Shown: one piece after another, positions 1-9,944 of the stretch
Numbering within the stretch: the stretch's first letter is position 1
Layout: each line of letters begins with the position of its first letter
Assembly (NCBI GenBank): GCA_035638495.1
Contig: DASQZW010000251.1
Location: 33,452-97,451, forward strand
Reading direction: 5' to 3'
Length of the DNA stretch: 64,000 nucleotides
From: Terriglobales bacterium
GTDB taxonomy: Bacteria; Chloroflexota; Dormibacteria; Dormibacterales; Dormibacteraceae
Notes under the pieces: model-generated
Database searches by the model: none
What the model was told of the DNA's origin: nothing
What the model saw: the letters and a program-made list of their open reading frames with translations, nothing else
Program-made: the position numbers and the translations under genes

Positions 1-82
1 CGGACGGGGACGTCTGTGGCATTGATCGCGGAGTCGCTCGTTGCCATTACACCTCCTCTTGTAATGGTCATTCTAACCAGAA

Positions 83-332
83 CCCTCCGGACCCCGGGGG
101 CCTCCTCGCCCGCTAGGGGGAGGGATCTCTGTCTTAGCGACCCCCCCTCCGGGCCCTGGGGGGCCCTCCTCCCCCGCTGGGGGGGAGGGAGCTCTGTCTT
201 AGCGACCCCCCCTCCGGGCCCTGGGGCCCTCCTCCCCCGCTGGGGGGGAGGGAGCTCTGTCTCAGCGATCCCCCCTCCGGGCCCTGGGGGCCCTCCTCCC
301 CCGCTGGGGGGGAGGGAGCTCTGTCTCAGCGA
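83..332. repeat. Tandem array of four ~63-65 bp GC-rich hairpin units. Each unit = CCCCCCCTCCGG + GGGCCC-loop-GGGCCC hairpin + CCTCCCCC-GCT-GGGGGGGAGG hairpin + CTCTGTCTYAGCGA linker.
   Basis: Read directly. Units start at about 83 (degenerate), 140, 205 and 268. The same module occurs at 16368-16434, 16717-16783 and 26651-26713. The array ends 26 nt before the ATG at 358. Confidence 0.9.
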
Positions 333-357
333 CTGCGGCGGGTAGAGTGCAGCGGAC

Positions 358-1617
358 ATGCTGGATCTGCTGCTGCGAGATGCACGGGTGCTCGGAGCCG
401 AGGGCCTGCGCGACCTCGGCATACGCGAAGGCCGGCTGGTCGCGCCGGAGCCGGACGCGCGCGAAGTGCTCCACCTCGATGGTGCGCTCGTCACGCCGCC
501 GCTCGTGGAGCCGCACGTCCACCTCGATGCCGTGCTGACCGTCGGCGAACCGCGCCCCAACGTGTCCGGCTCGCTGTTCGAGGGCATCGCGATCTGGGCC
601 GAGCGGGTGAGGAGCCTGACCGTCGACGACGTGAAGGCGCGCGTCGGGCGCGTGCTGCGCTGGCAGCTCGCGTGCGGGGTCCAGCACGTGCGCAGCCACG
701 TCGACGTGTGCGACCCGGAGCTCCGGGCGCTGCGCGCCCTGGTCGAGCTGCGCGAGGAGATCGGCGGCCAGATGAACGTGCAGCTGGTGGCGTTCCCGCA
801 GCAGGGCATCCTCTCGTTCGAGGGCGGCGTCGATTTGATGCGGCGCGCGGTCGAGCTCGGCGCCGACGTGGTCGGCGGCATCCCGCACTTCGAGCTCACC
901 CGCGAGATGGGCGTCGAGTCCGTGAAGCTGGCCTTCGCGCTCGCGGCGGAGCACGGGCTGCGTGTCGACATCCACTGCGACGAGACGGACGACGACCACT
1001 CGCGGTTCGTCGAGGTGATGGCCGCCGAGACGATTCGATTGGGGATGGCGGGGCGGGTGACCGCCAGCCACACGACCGCGATGCATTCCTACAACAACGC
1101 GTACGCGTATCGCGTGATTCGGAACATCGCGCGGGCCGGGATGCACATGGTCACCAACCCGCTCGACAACTCGGTCCTGCAGGGCCGGTTCGACTCGTTC
1201 CCGGTGCGGCGCGGGCACACGCGCGTCAAGGACCTGATGGCAGCGGGGGTCAACGTCTGCATCGGCCACGACTCCGTGATGGATCCGTGGTACCCGCTCG
1301 GGCAGGGCGACCCGCTCCAGGCCGCCTTCGTGCTCGCCCACTACGGACACATGTCCGGCGCCGAGGAGCTGAAGCAGCTGGTCGAAATGATCACCGTGAA
1401 CCCGGCGCAGGCGCTCGGTCTGGAAGGCTACGGGCTGGCGGAGGGAGCGCCGGCGAGCCTGGTCGTGTTCGATGCGCCGAGCGAGATGGACGCGCTGCGC
1501 CTGCTGCCACGGCGCCGGCTGGTCCTGCGCGATGGCCGCGTGGTGGCCCGGACACGACCGGCCGAGACGACCGTTGTGTGGGACGGGCAGGAGGAGCTCG
1601 TCGACTTCCTGCGCTGA
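358..1617 (+). CDS. Cytosine deaminase-like metal-dependent amidohydrolase
   Basis: 419-aa ORF with an N-terminal HVHLD (HxH) metal motif, IHCDETDD and a later GHD. Layout is typical of CodA/AtzC-type deaminases. Confidence 0.8.
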   Translation: MLDLLLRDARVLGAEGLRDLGIREGRLVAPEPDAREVLHLDGALVTPPLVEPHVHLDAVLTVGEPRPNVSGSLFEGIAIWAERVRSLTVDDVKARVGRVLRWQLACGVQHVRSHVDVCDPELRALRALVELREEIGGQMNVQLVAFPQQGILSFEGGVDLMRRAVELGADVVGGIPHFELTREMGVESVKLAFALAAEHGLRVDIHCDETDDDHSRFVEVMAAETIRLGMAGRVTASHTTAMHSYNNAYAYRVIRNIARAGMHMVTNPLDNSVLQGRFDSFPVRRGHTRVKDLMAAGVNVCIGHDSVMDPWYPLGQGDPLQAAFVLAHYGHMSGAEELKQLVEMITVNPAQALGLEGYGLAEGAPASLVVFDAPSEMDALRLLPRRRLVLRDGRVVARTRPAETTVVWDGQEELVDFLR

Positions 1618-1678
1618 ACGTCGAACGCTCGCATCCGATCGAACCTGTTCAGCGAGCGAGTCCAGTACCTTTTGCGCC

Positions 1679-2722
<1,044 letters not shown>

Positions 2723-2725
2723 CGA

Positions 2726-3742
2726 ATGGGGCCCTGGGACATCGAGTGGTCGGGCCGGCTCGAGACGAGCTGGATCGACAGCCTGCAGCTGCGAGACAAC
2801 CCGCTCCACGATCCCTCACGGAGGCCGATCTGGACGTACCTGCCGCCGACCTACCACGACCGGGCCGACTGGCGCTACCCGACCATCTACGTCCTGCAGG
2901 GCTACACCGCGCAGATCGACATGTGGCGCAACCGGAACCCGTTCCGGCACACGTTTCCCGAGATGGTGGACGAGCTGTTCGCCTCCGGCCAGGCGCCGCA
3001 GTGCATCGTGGTCTTCGTCGATTGCTGGACCTCGCTCGGGGGGAGCCAGTTCCTCGACTCGCCGGCCACAGGCCGCTACCACTCGTACCTCTGCGACGAC
3101 GTCGTGCCCTGGGTCGACGCCCGCTATCGGACGTTGCCGGGGTCCGATCACCGCGGCATCATGGGCCACTCCAGCGGCGGCTACGGGGCCATGGTCACGT
3201 CGATGCTGCGCCCTGATCTGTTCGGCGGCTTCGCCAGCCTCGCCGGCGACGCGCTGTTCGAACACTGCTACCTGCCGACCTTCGCCGGCGCGGCGCGTGC
3301 GCTTCGCGACCGGTACCAGGGTTCCTACGAGCGGTTCTGGGCCGACCTGCGCGGGCGCCCGTTCGGCGAGAAGGACTTCACGCTGCTGGAGCCCTATGCC
3401 ATGGCCGCCTGCTACTCGGCCGACGAGGACGGCACCGTGCACCTGCCCTTCGACGTCGAGACCGGCCGGCTGAGGCCGCACGTCTGGGAGCGCTGGCTGG
3501 CCTGGGACCCGGTCCGCATGGCCTCCCGCCACGCCCGCGCACTCTCCTCGATGCGCGCGATCTACCTGGACGCGGGGAACCGCGACGAGAACCATCTCGA
3601 CCTCGGGGCTGCCGCGCTGTACCGCGAGCTCCAGCGGATCGGGGTGTCCGGCGTCCGCTTCGAGCTCTTCGACGGCGGCCACACCGGCAACCAGCACCGC
3701 TACCCGGTCCCGCTCCGCTTCCTGGCCGAGCGGCTGGACTGA
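2726..3742 (+). CDS. Putative esterase (enterochelin-esterase-like alpha/beta hydrolase)
   Basis: 338-aa ORF with GHSSGG nucleophile elbow. Begins 3 nt after the upstream stop. Confidence 0.7.
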   Translation: MGPWDIEWSGRLETSWIDSLQLRDNPLHDPSRRPIWTYLPPTYHDRADWRYPTIYVLQGYTAQIDMWRNRNPFRHTFPEMVDELFASGQAPQCIVVFVDCWTSLGGSQFLDSPATGRYHSYLCDDVVPWVDARYRTLPGSDHRGIMGHSSGGYGAMVTSMLRPDLFGGFASLAGDALFEHCYLPTFAGAARALRDRYQGSYERFWADLRGRPFGEKDFTLLEPYAMAACYSADEDGTVHLPFDVETGRLRPHVWERWLAWDPVRMASRHARALSSMRAIYLDAGNRDENHLDLGAAALYRELQRIGVSGVRFELFDGGHTGNQHRYPVPLRFLAERLD

Positions 3743-3744
3743 CC

Positions 3745-4350
3745 GTGTACGAGTCGCCCAACTACCCGTCGGACCCGGCGCAGGTCGAGGCGTTCGTCCG
3801 GGATCAGCGGCACGGCACGCTCGTCGCCACGCCGCCCGGCGGCTTCCCCAGCGTGAGCCTCCTGCCCTTCGTCAAGACAGGCGACGTGATCGAGCTGCAC
3901 TGTGTCCAGGCGGACCCCACGTTCGACGCGCTGCGCCGCAATCCTCGCGTGACGTTCCTGGTCTCCGACTACCTGACCTGGACGCCGCACGACTTCGTCG
4001 ACGAGCGCGACGCCGGTCGGGCGACGCTGCACTTCCGGGCCGTCGCGTACGAGTGCGAGGCGACCTGGTCGACCGAGCCGGACGACGTGGCCGCCGCGCT
4101 CTCGCGCCTGCTGGCCGCGTACGAACCGAATGCGTCGTACGAAGCCCTGCGGGACGGCGAGTTCTACGGCTTCCGGCTACGGCGGCTGGCGGCGCTGCGA
4201 CTCGAGGTGCGCGCAACCCGGGCCAAGTTCAAGGTTGGGCCGGCCGTGCCGGAGGCGCGCAAGCGCGAGGTGGCGCGCCGGATCCGGGCCAGGGGCAGGC
4301 CGGAGGACGGCAGGGCCGCCGACGTGATCGAGGCGTCGCTGGACGGTTAG
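3745..4350 (+). CDS. FMN-binding PaiB-family negative transcriptional regulator-like protein
   Basis: 201-aa ORF. N-terminus MYxxPxY...VxxFVRDxxxGTLV matches the PaiB pattern. GTG start 2 nt after the upstream stop. Confidence 0.65.
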   Translation: MYESPNYPSDPAQVEAFVRDQRHGTLVATPPGGFPSVSLLPFVKTGDVIELHCVQADPTFDALRRNPRVTFLVSDYLTWTPHDFVDERDAGRATLHFRAVAYECEATWSTEPDDVAAALSRLLAAYEPNASYEALRDGEFYGFRLRRLAALRLEVRATRAKFKVGPAVPEARKREVARRIRARGRPEDGRAADVIEASLDG

Positions 4351-4399
4351 CGGTTCCGGGCCGCGGCCGCCAGGAACACGACCGAGCGTGGCAGGGGGA

Positions 4400-4993
4400 C
4401 TACCCTCCGGCGGGGACCACCGTCCCGCTCTGCGGGAAGGCCGGCCCGAGCCGGATGCCGCCGGGCGTCGTGAGGCGGAGCTGGGTGACGACCTGGGCGC
4501 TGTGAGCGTCCACGAACACGAGCTGGCTCGAGGTGAACCCGCCGCGGCCGCCGACGCAGACCTGGTACCCGCCGAGGCCCTGCATGCATGAGGACCGCGT
4601 CTGCTGTGTCACGGCGACCCAGGCCAGCAGGTCGTGGCCGAGCGTGGACACCCGGCTGGAGTCGACCAGGGCGAGGACGCTCTCCACGACACGAGTGGTG
4701 CCGCTGCCCTGCCGGGCGGCGCCCTCGGCGGCGTTCCGGCTGATCGCGCAGCCGGCGGCCCCCGAGCTCAACCAGCCGTGGCTGACGACGGCGCCGGCCG
4801 CGCCGCAGTAGAGCGGCTCGGCGGGCGCGGAGAGCGTGATGCCGAGCCGGGAGAGCGTCGCCGCGGAGACGGTTCTCAGCTGGGGCGCCGGCTGCCTGTG
4901 TGGCGCGGCGACATGGTCGACCGCGAATCCGAAGCCTCCGGCGAGCAGCACGGTCGCCAGCGTGGCGACCGCGAAGGGGAGCCACCGACGCAT
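4400..4993 (-). CDS. Hypothetical membrane-anchored/secreted protein
   Basis: N-terminal hydrophobic helix (WLPFAVATLATVLLAGGFGF) followed by a Cys-containing soluble domain. Lies directly downstream of the TetR gene on the same strand. An alternative GTG start is at 5002. Confidence 0.55.
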   Translation of the reverse strand: MRRWLPFAVATLATVLLAGGFGFAVDHVAAPHRQPAPQLRTVSAATLSRLGITLSAPAEPLYCGAAGAVVSHGWLSSGAAGCAISRNAAEGAARQGSGTTRVVESVLALVDSSRVSTLGHDLLAWVAVTQQTRSSCMQGLGGYQVCVGGRGGFTSSQLVFVDAHSAQVVTQLRLTTPGGIRLGPAFPQSGTVVPAGG

Positions 4994-5011
4994 CTGCGCC
5001 ACGGCCCCATG

Positions 5012-5653
5012 CTAGCCGGTCTCGGGCGCGACGGGACCCGGCCAGGTTCCCGCCCGTGTCGCCAGGGCGGCAGGCGACCTGCGCGACCCGCCGACCGCGG
5101 TGTCCAGCACGGCCACGCACACGTCGATGACGGTCTCCTTGGCCACGTCCTCGGCATCCGCCCACTCCAGCGCCATGACCTCGACGAACCGCACCCAGCT
5201 TCGGACCGCCAGGCGCATGAGGTGGTCATCGTCCGATGCGCGCATCCCGGCGAGCAGGGACTCCCAGACCGCCCGCCGCGTGGCTTCCGTGACCTCCGTG
5301 ACCTCCGGGTCGCATCCGATCCCGCCGCGCACGAAGGCCTGAGTCTTGTCCCGGTTGGCCCGGACGTGGTCCAGGTAGACGGAGAGGCTGCGGCGCACCT
5401 GCTCGGCCGGGGGCAGCGACGGGTCGGGTTGGATCAGCCGGCGCAGCTGGAGCGCCGCGGCCCGGACGCAGGCGACGTAGAAGTCGCGCTTGCTCGGGAA
5501 GTAGTGGTAGAGCAGGCCCTTCGACATGCCCGCCATCTGGGCGATCTCGCCGATCGAGATCTCGTCGTACGGCTTGGATCCGAAGAGGCGAAGCCCGAGG
5601 TCGAGGAGCTGCTCCCGGCGTTCCCCGACCGTGAGCCTGGCTTGCCCTGCCAC
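5012..5653 (-). CDS. TetR/AcrR family transcriptional regulator
   Basis: HTH signature ISIGEIAQMAGMSKGLLYHYFPSKRDFY. GTG start at 5653 chosen inside the long spurious ORF 5012..6361. Confidence 0.85.
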   Translation of the reverse strand: MAGQARLTVGERREQLLDLGLRLFGSKPYDEISIGEIAQMAGMSKGLLYHYFPSKRDFYVACVRAAALQLRRLIQPDPSLPPAEQVRRSLSVYLDHVRANRDKTQAFVRGGIGCDPEVTEVTEATRRAVWESLLAGMRASDDDHLMRLAVRSWVRFVEVMALEWADAEDVAKETVIDVCVAVLDTAVGGSRRSPAALATRAGTWPGPVAPETG

Positions 5654-5697
5654 GCGGGAAGCGTAGCGTCCGGTCCTCGCCCGCTCAACGCGAACCG

Positions 5698-7226
5698 CTA
5701 CACGGGCGGGACGCCGTGCTTGCGGTCGGGCGGGGCTTGCCTCCGGGTCGCGTAGGCGTTGAACCGGGCCACCAGCTGGTCGCGCAGCCGGTCCGGGTCG
5801 ACGACGTCGTCGACCACCAGGTTGGAGGCCAGCTTGTACAGGTCGACATCCTGCCGGTACTCCTCCTCGAGATCGTGCCGGATGGTCTCGCGCTCGTTGG
5901 GCGCCAGCCCGGCAAGCCGGTTGTAGAACACCGCGTTCACCGCCGGCTCCGGGCCCATCACCGCGATCTGCGCGGATGGCAGCGCCAGCACGCAGTCGCT
6001 GTCGAACGCGGGCCCCGCCATCGCGTACAGGCCCGCTCCATACGCCTTGCGCACGATGACCGAGACCTTGGGCACCGTCGCCTCGGCCACCGCGGTGATC
6101 ATCTTGGCGCCGTGCCGGATGATGCCGCGGCGCTCCACCTGCGTTCCGATCATGAATCCGGGCACGTCGGCCAGGAACAGCAGCGGGATGTTGAACGCGT
6201 CGCAGAGCCAGATGAAGCGTGCAGCCTTGTCGGAGCTGTCGATGAACAGGACCCCGCCTTTCTGCATCGGCTGGTTGGCAAGGATGCCGACCGCGCGGCC
6301 GTCGAGACGCGCGAACCCGGTCAGCAGCTCCCTGGCGAACAGCTTCTTCACCTCCAGCCACGAGCCCTCGTCCACCAGCGCCTCGATCACCTTGCGCATG
6401 TCGTAGCCGCGCTGGGCCTCGACGGGGACCAGCTCAGCGATGGGCCGGCCGCCCGGGCGCGGCGGCCTGCCCTGGGCCGCCGCGGGCGCCTCCGTGTGGT
6501 TCTGCGGGAAGTACGCGAAGTAGGCACGCGCCGTCTCGATCGCCTCGCGATCGTCCGCGACCAGGAAGTCGCCGCAGCCGCTCTCCGAGCAGTGCATGCG
6601 CGCCCCGCCGAGCTCTTCCAGGCCGACCCGCTCGCCGACCACCACTTCGACCATGCGTGGCGATCCCAGGTACATGGACGCGTTGCCGTCGACCATGATG
6701 ACCACGTCGCAGAACGCCGGGATGTACGCGCCGCCGGCCGCGGACGGACCGAACAGCAGGCAGACCTGGGGCACGCGGCCGGAGAGCTGGACCTGGTTGA
6801 AGAAGATGCGCCCGGCGTGGCGGCGTCCGGGGAACATGTCGATCTGGTCGGTGATCCGGGCGCCGGCCGAGTCGACCAGATAGAAGAGCGGCACGCGGAG
6901 CCGGCCGGCCGTCTCCTGGATGCGCACGATCTTCTCGACGGTGCGCGCGCCCCACGAGCCGGCCTTGACCGTGGGATCGTTTGCCATGACCGCCACCTGG
7001 CGACCGCCGATCATGCCCAGTCCGGTGACCACCCCGTCGGCGGGCAGATCGTCGGTCAGCGCGTTGGCGAAGAGGCCGTCCTCAACGAGGGAGGCTTCGT
7101 CGAGCAGGAGGTCGAGGCGCTCCCGGACGGTCATCTTCCCCTGCTCGCGCAGCTTGGCAGGTAGCGGACGCCGCCGCGAAGGGCTCGATCGCGCAGCTCC
7201 CGGTAGCGCTCCATGCCGTTGCTCAT
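5698..7226 (-). pseudogene. Acyl-CoA carboxylase carboxyltransferase (beta) subunit with an apparent 1-nt deletion near 7158
   Basis: The conserved body (MTVRERLDLLLDE... to the end) lies in one frame. The expected N-terminus, MSNGMERYRELRDRALRGGVRYL, is in another frame. It starts at an ATG (7226) that overlaps the crotonase stop as ATGA. Span length 1529 is 1 short of a multiple of 3. Confidence 0.8.
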
Positions 7227-8020
7227 CTTCCCCTGAACTCCGGCTCGCGCTTCTCGAAGAACGCCGCGACGCCCTCCTTCGCATCCTCGCTGAGCGTGAC
7301 CAGCGTGAGCTGAGCCTGCAGGTACTCCAGCGCGGCCCTGAACTCCATGTCCTGCTGCCGGTAGAAGGAGTCCCGGCCCACGCGCAGGATAGCGGGCGAC
7401 TTCTTCGCCAGCCGCCCCGCGACATCCTCGACCAGCGCGTCCAGCTCGGCCAGGGTGGGGGCGACGCGGTTGACGAGCCCCACCTCGTGCAGGCGCCGGG
7501 CGCTCCAGCGGTCGCCGAGGAGCGCCATCTCGAGCAGCACCTTGCGGGGGAGGTTGCGGGCGAGCACGGCCTGGATCATCGCCGGCCAGACGCCGACGTT
7601 GATCTCGGGCGTGCCGAAGCTGGCGGACTCGACCGCCAGCAGGAGGTCGCACGCGCACGCGAGGCCGAACCCGCCCGCGAGGGCGTGGCCGTTGACGCGG
7701 CCGACGATCGGCTTTCCCAGGTCCTGCATCTGCAGGAAGAGGTCGACGAACCGGTGGCGGTCGTGGTGGCGCTGCAGTTCCGGCACCTCGGCGTCGAACG
7801 AGCCGAGGTCGGCGCCGGCGCAGAACGCGCGATCGCCGGCGCCCGTCAGCACGACCACCCGGACGTCGGGCTCCTCGCGACACCAGCCGAGGGCCGCGCC
7901 GAGGTCGCGCAGCATTCCGGACGACAGCGGGTTGCGCTGCTCGGCGCGGTTCAGGGTGACCGTGGCGACCCGGCCGGACCGATCGAGCAGCACGTTCTCC
8001 AGGCGTGGGGCATCGGGCAC
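7223..8020 (-). CDS. Enoyl-CoA hydratase/isomerase (crotonase) family protein
   Basis: Motifs NRAEQRNPL, VVVLTGAGDRAFCAGADL and GHALAGG. GTG start at 8020 gives a typical ~265 aa length. Confidence 0.85.
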   Translation of the reverse strand: MPDAPRLENVLLDRSGRVATVTLNRAEQRNPLSSGMLRDLGAALGWCREEPDVRVVVLTGAGDRAFCAGADLGSFDAEVPELQRHHDRHRFVDLFLQMQDLGKPIVGRVNGHALAGGFGLACACDLLLAVESASFGTPEINVGVWPAMIQAVLARNLPRKVLLEMALLGDRWSARRLHEVGLVNRVAPTLAELDALVEDVAGRLAKKSPAILRVGRDSFYRQQDMEFRAALEYLQAQLTLVTLSEDAKEGVAAFFEKREPEFRGR

Positions 8021-8100
8021 GGGAGTACATCGTAATTCGGCCCCGCGCTTCACCCGGCAGACGGCCCGCAGACGGGCCGGCTGGCCACAATTGCGCAAGG

Positions 8101-9189
8101 ATGCCCAAGCCCGCGCCCTCCCTGAACTGGCTGCTGGTCTTCGTGCCCATCTCCCTCGCGGCCGAGTTCGTCCTCCGCCAGCCCGTGGTGGTGTTCATCA
8201 CCGCGTGTCTGGCCATCGTCCCGCTCGCGGGCCTGATCGGGGCCGCCACTGAGCAGCTGGCCGACCGCGCGGGGCCCACCGTCGGCGGTCTGCTCAACGC
8301 CACGTTCGGCAACGTGACCGAGCTGATCATCGGCATCCTGCTCGTCTGGGCGAGCGAGTTCGAGGTGGTCAAGGCGTCCCTGATCGGCTCGATCCTCGGC
8401 AACCTGGTGCTGGTGCTCGGCGCCGCCTACCTGGCGGGGGGTCTTCGCCACCGCAGCGGCGGTCAGCGGTTCGATGCCAAGGCAGCCCGCGCCCACTCCA
8501 CGTCGCTGCTGCTGGCGGTGGCCGGGATGATCATGCCCGCGGTGTTCGTCCAGTTCTCCCAGGTCGAGACCAGCGCGCAGAAGGAGACGATCAGCCTGGT
8601 GGTGGCGGCCGTCCTGATCGTCCTGTACGTGGCCGCGCTCGTCTACTCCCTCCGCGGCAGCGGTTGGAACGGCGACCGCCCGGCCGGCCCGGCCAGGACC
8701 CGCCTGACCAGCGAGGACGCGAAGCCGAGGTGGTCGGCCAGGAAGGCGGTCCTCGTGCTGATGGCGACGGCCGTCGTCGTCGGCATCGAGTCGGAGCTCC
8801 TGGTCGGGTCGCTGGAGCCCACCCTGCAGGCGCTCCACCTGTCGAAGGTGTTCGTGGGCATGTTCGTGATCGCCTTCGTCGGCAACGTGGCGGAGCATGC
8901 CTCGGCCGTCGTCTTCGCCCTCCGCAACAAGATGGACATCGCCATCGAGATCGCGTTCAACTCGTCCACGCAGATCGCGCTCCTGGTGGCGCCCCTCCTC
9001 GTCTTCGTCAGCCTGCTGGCACCCCAACACATGGACTTCATCTTCATCTCGATCGAGCTTGCCGCGGTCACGCTCGCCACGTTGATCGTCTCGGTGATCG
9101 CGATGGACGGCCGCAGCAACTGGCTGGAGGGCGCGCAACTGCTCGGCGTGTACGTGATCCTGGCGGTGTCGACGCTGTTCGTCGCTTGA
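8101..9189 (+). CDS. Ca2+/H+ antiporter (CAX/ChaA family)
   Basis: Multi-TM protein with the two CAX alpha-repeat signatures GNVTELI and GNVAEH. ATG at 8101. Confidence 0.85.
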   Translation: MPKPAPSLNWLLVFVPISLAAEFVLRQPVVVFITACLAIVPLAGLIGAATEQLADRAGPTVGGLLNATFGNVTELIIGILLVWASEFEVVKASLIGSILGNLVLVLGAAYLAGGLRHRSGGQRFDAKAARAHSTSLLLAVAGMIMPAVFVQFSQVETSAQKETISLVVAAVLIVLYVAALVYSLRGSGWNGDRPAGPARTRLTSEDAKPRWSARKAVLVLMATAVVVGIESELLVGSLEPTLQALHLSKVFVGMFVIAFVGNVAEHASAVVFALRNKMDIAIEIAFNSSTQIALLVAPLLVFVSLLAPQHMDFIFISIELAAVTLATLIVSVIAMDGRSNWLEGAQLLGVYVILAVSTLFVA

Positions 9190-9884
9190 GCGAGCGGATC
9201 TCGGGCCGCCGGCTCCTGCTGACCCTGGGCCTGTGGGCGGGCCTGGTCGTCGTCGCGCTCGGCGCCACGATCCTGGCCGGCCGCCTGCTGTTCAGGTCAT
9301 GGGCGGTCGGCCACCGCGCGGACCTCGGCGCCATCCTCGTCGCCGAGGCCTACCTCGCCCTCCTCGGGGCGCTCCTGCTCGCCTTCGGCGGCCCGCCGGG
9401 GCTGCGCGACCGCCTGCGATTCCGGTTCACGTCGTTCGTCGACCTGTCAGTCGCGCTGATGCTCTGGTTCGCGGCGCTGGTCGTGGGCGGCTTCGTGACC
9501 GCCGCGCTGACGCCGCTGTTCGGCCGGCCGCAGAGCAACACCGTGGCGCTGCTCGGCCAGTCCTTCGACCCGCTGTTCGTGGCCCTGATCGTGCCCACCG
9601 TGTGCCTGCTGGCCCCGGTCTGCGAGGAGCTCCTCTTCCGCGGCGTGCTCTACGGATGGCTCGCGGGGCTTCTGCCGGTGTGGCTGGCGGTGATCGTCAC
9701 GGCGGCCGTCTTCGCGGGCGCACACCTGCTGCCGCTGCTCTTCCCGGTCCTGTTCGTGTTCGGCCTCGCTGCCACGTTCGTGCGCGCCCGGACCGACTCC
9801 ACGTTCAACTCCTTCGCCATGCACGCGACCCAGAACACGATCGCGGTCGTGGCCACCTACGCCCTCCTCTCGCAGGGCAGGTGA
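9186..9884 (+). CDS. CPBP family intramembrane glutamic endopeptidase (CAAX protease-like)
   Basis: EELLFRG, FAGAH and HATQN motifs in a polytopic membrane protein. TTG start overlaps the upstream stop (TTGA). Confidence 0.75.
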   Translation: MSERISGRRLLLTLGLWAGLVVVALGATILAGRLLFRSWAVGHRADLGAILVAEAYLALLGALLLAFGGPPGLRDRLRFRFTSFVDLSVALMLWFAALVVGGFVTAALTPLFGRPQSNTVALLGQSFDPLFVALIVPTVCLLAPVCEELLFRGVLYGWLAGLLPVWLAVIVTAAVFAGAHLLPLLFPVLFVFGLAATFVRARTDSTFNSFAMHATQNTIAVVATYALLSQGR

Positions 9885-9944
9885 GTGCGATTCGCACGTT
9901 GATGATAGCAATAATGTAATATTTCCCCCTGGGAATCGGAAAAG

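Noticed and set aside
44-67. Hairpin CCATTACA-CCTCCTCT-TGTAATGG with a CCUCC loop at the window edge, superficially like a 16S rRNA 3' end.
   Set aside because: The flanking sequence does not match the conserved GGATCACCTCCTT context of 16S, and there is no rRNA nearby. It may be a terminator of a gene lying upstream of the window, which cannot be judged from here.
83-332. Possible CRISPR array.
   Set aside because: The units are directly abutting, with no unique spacers. The period is about 64 bp in total. No cas genes are present. It is a tandem repeat, not a CRISPR.
16-345. 109-aa ORF through the tandem repeat array (PPGPGALLPRWGGGSSV repeated).
   Set aside because: It is entirely repeat-derived. 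The same repeat occurs elsewhere in intergenic DNA next to both plus-strand and minus-strand genes. There is no SD and no non-repetitive domain.
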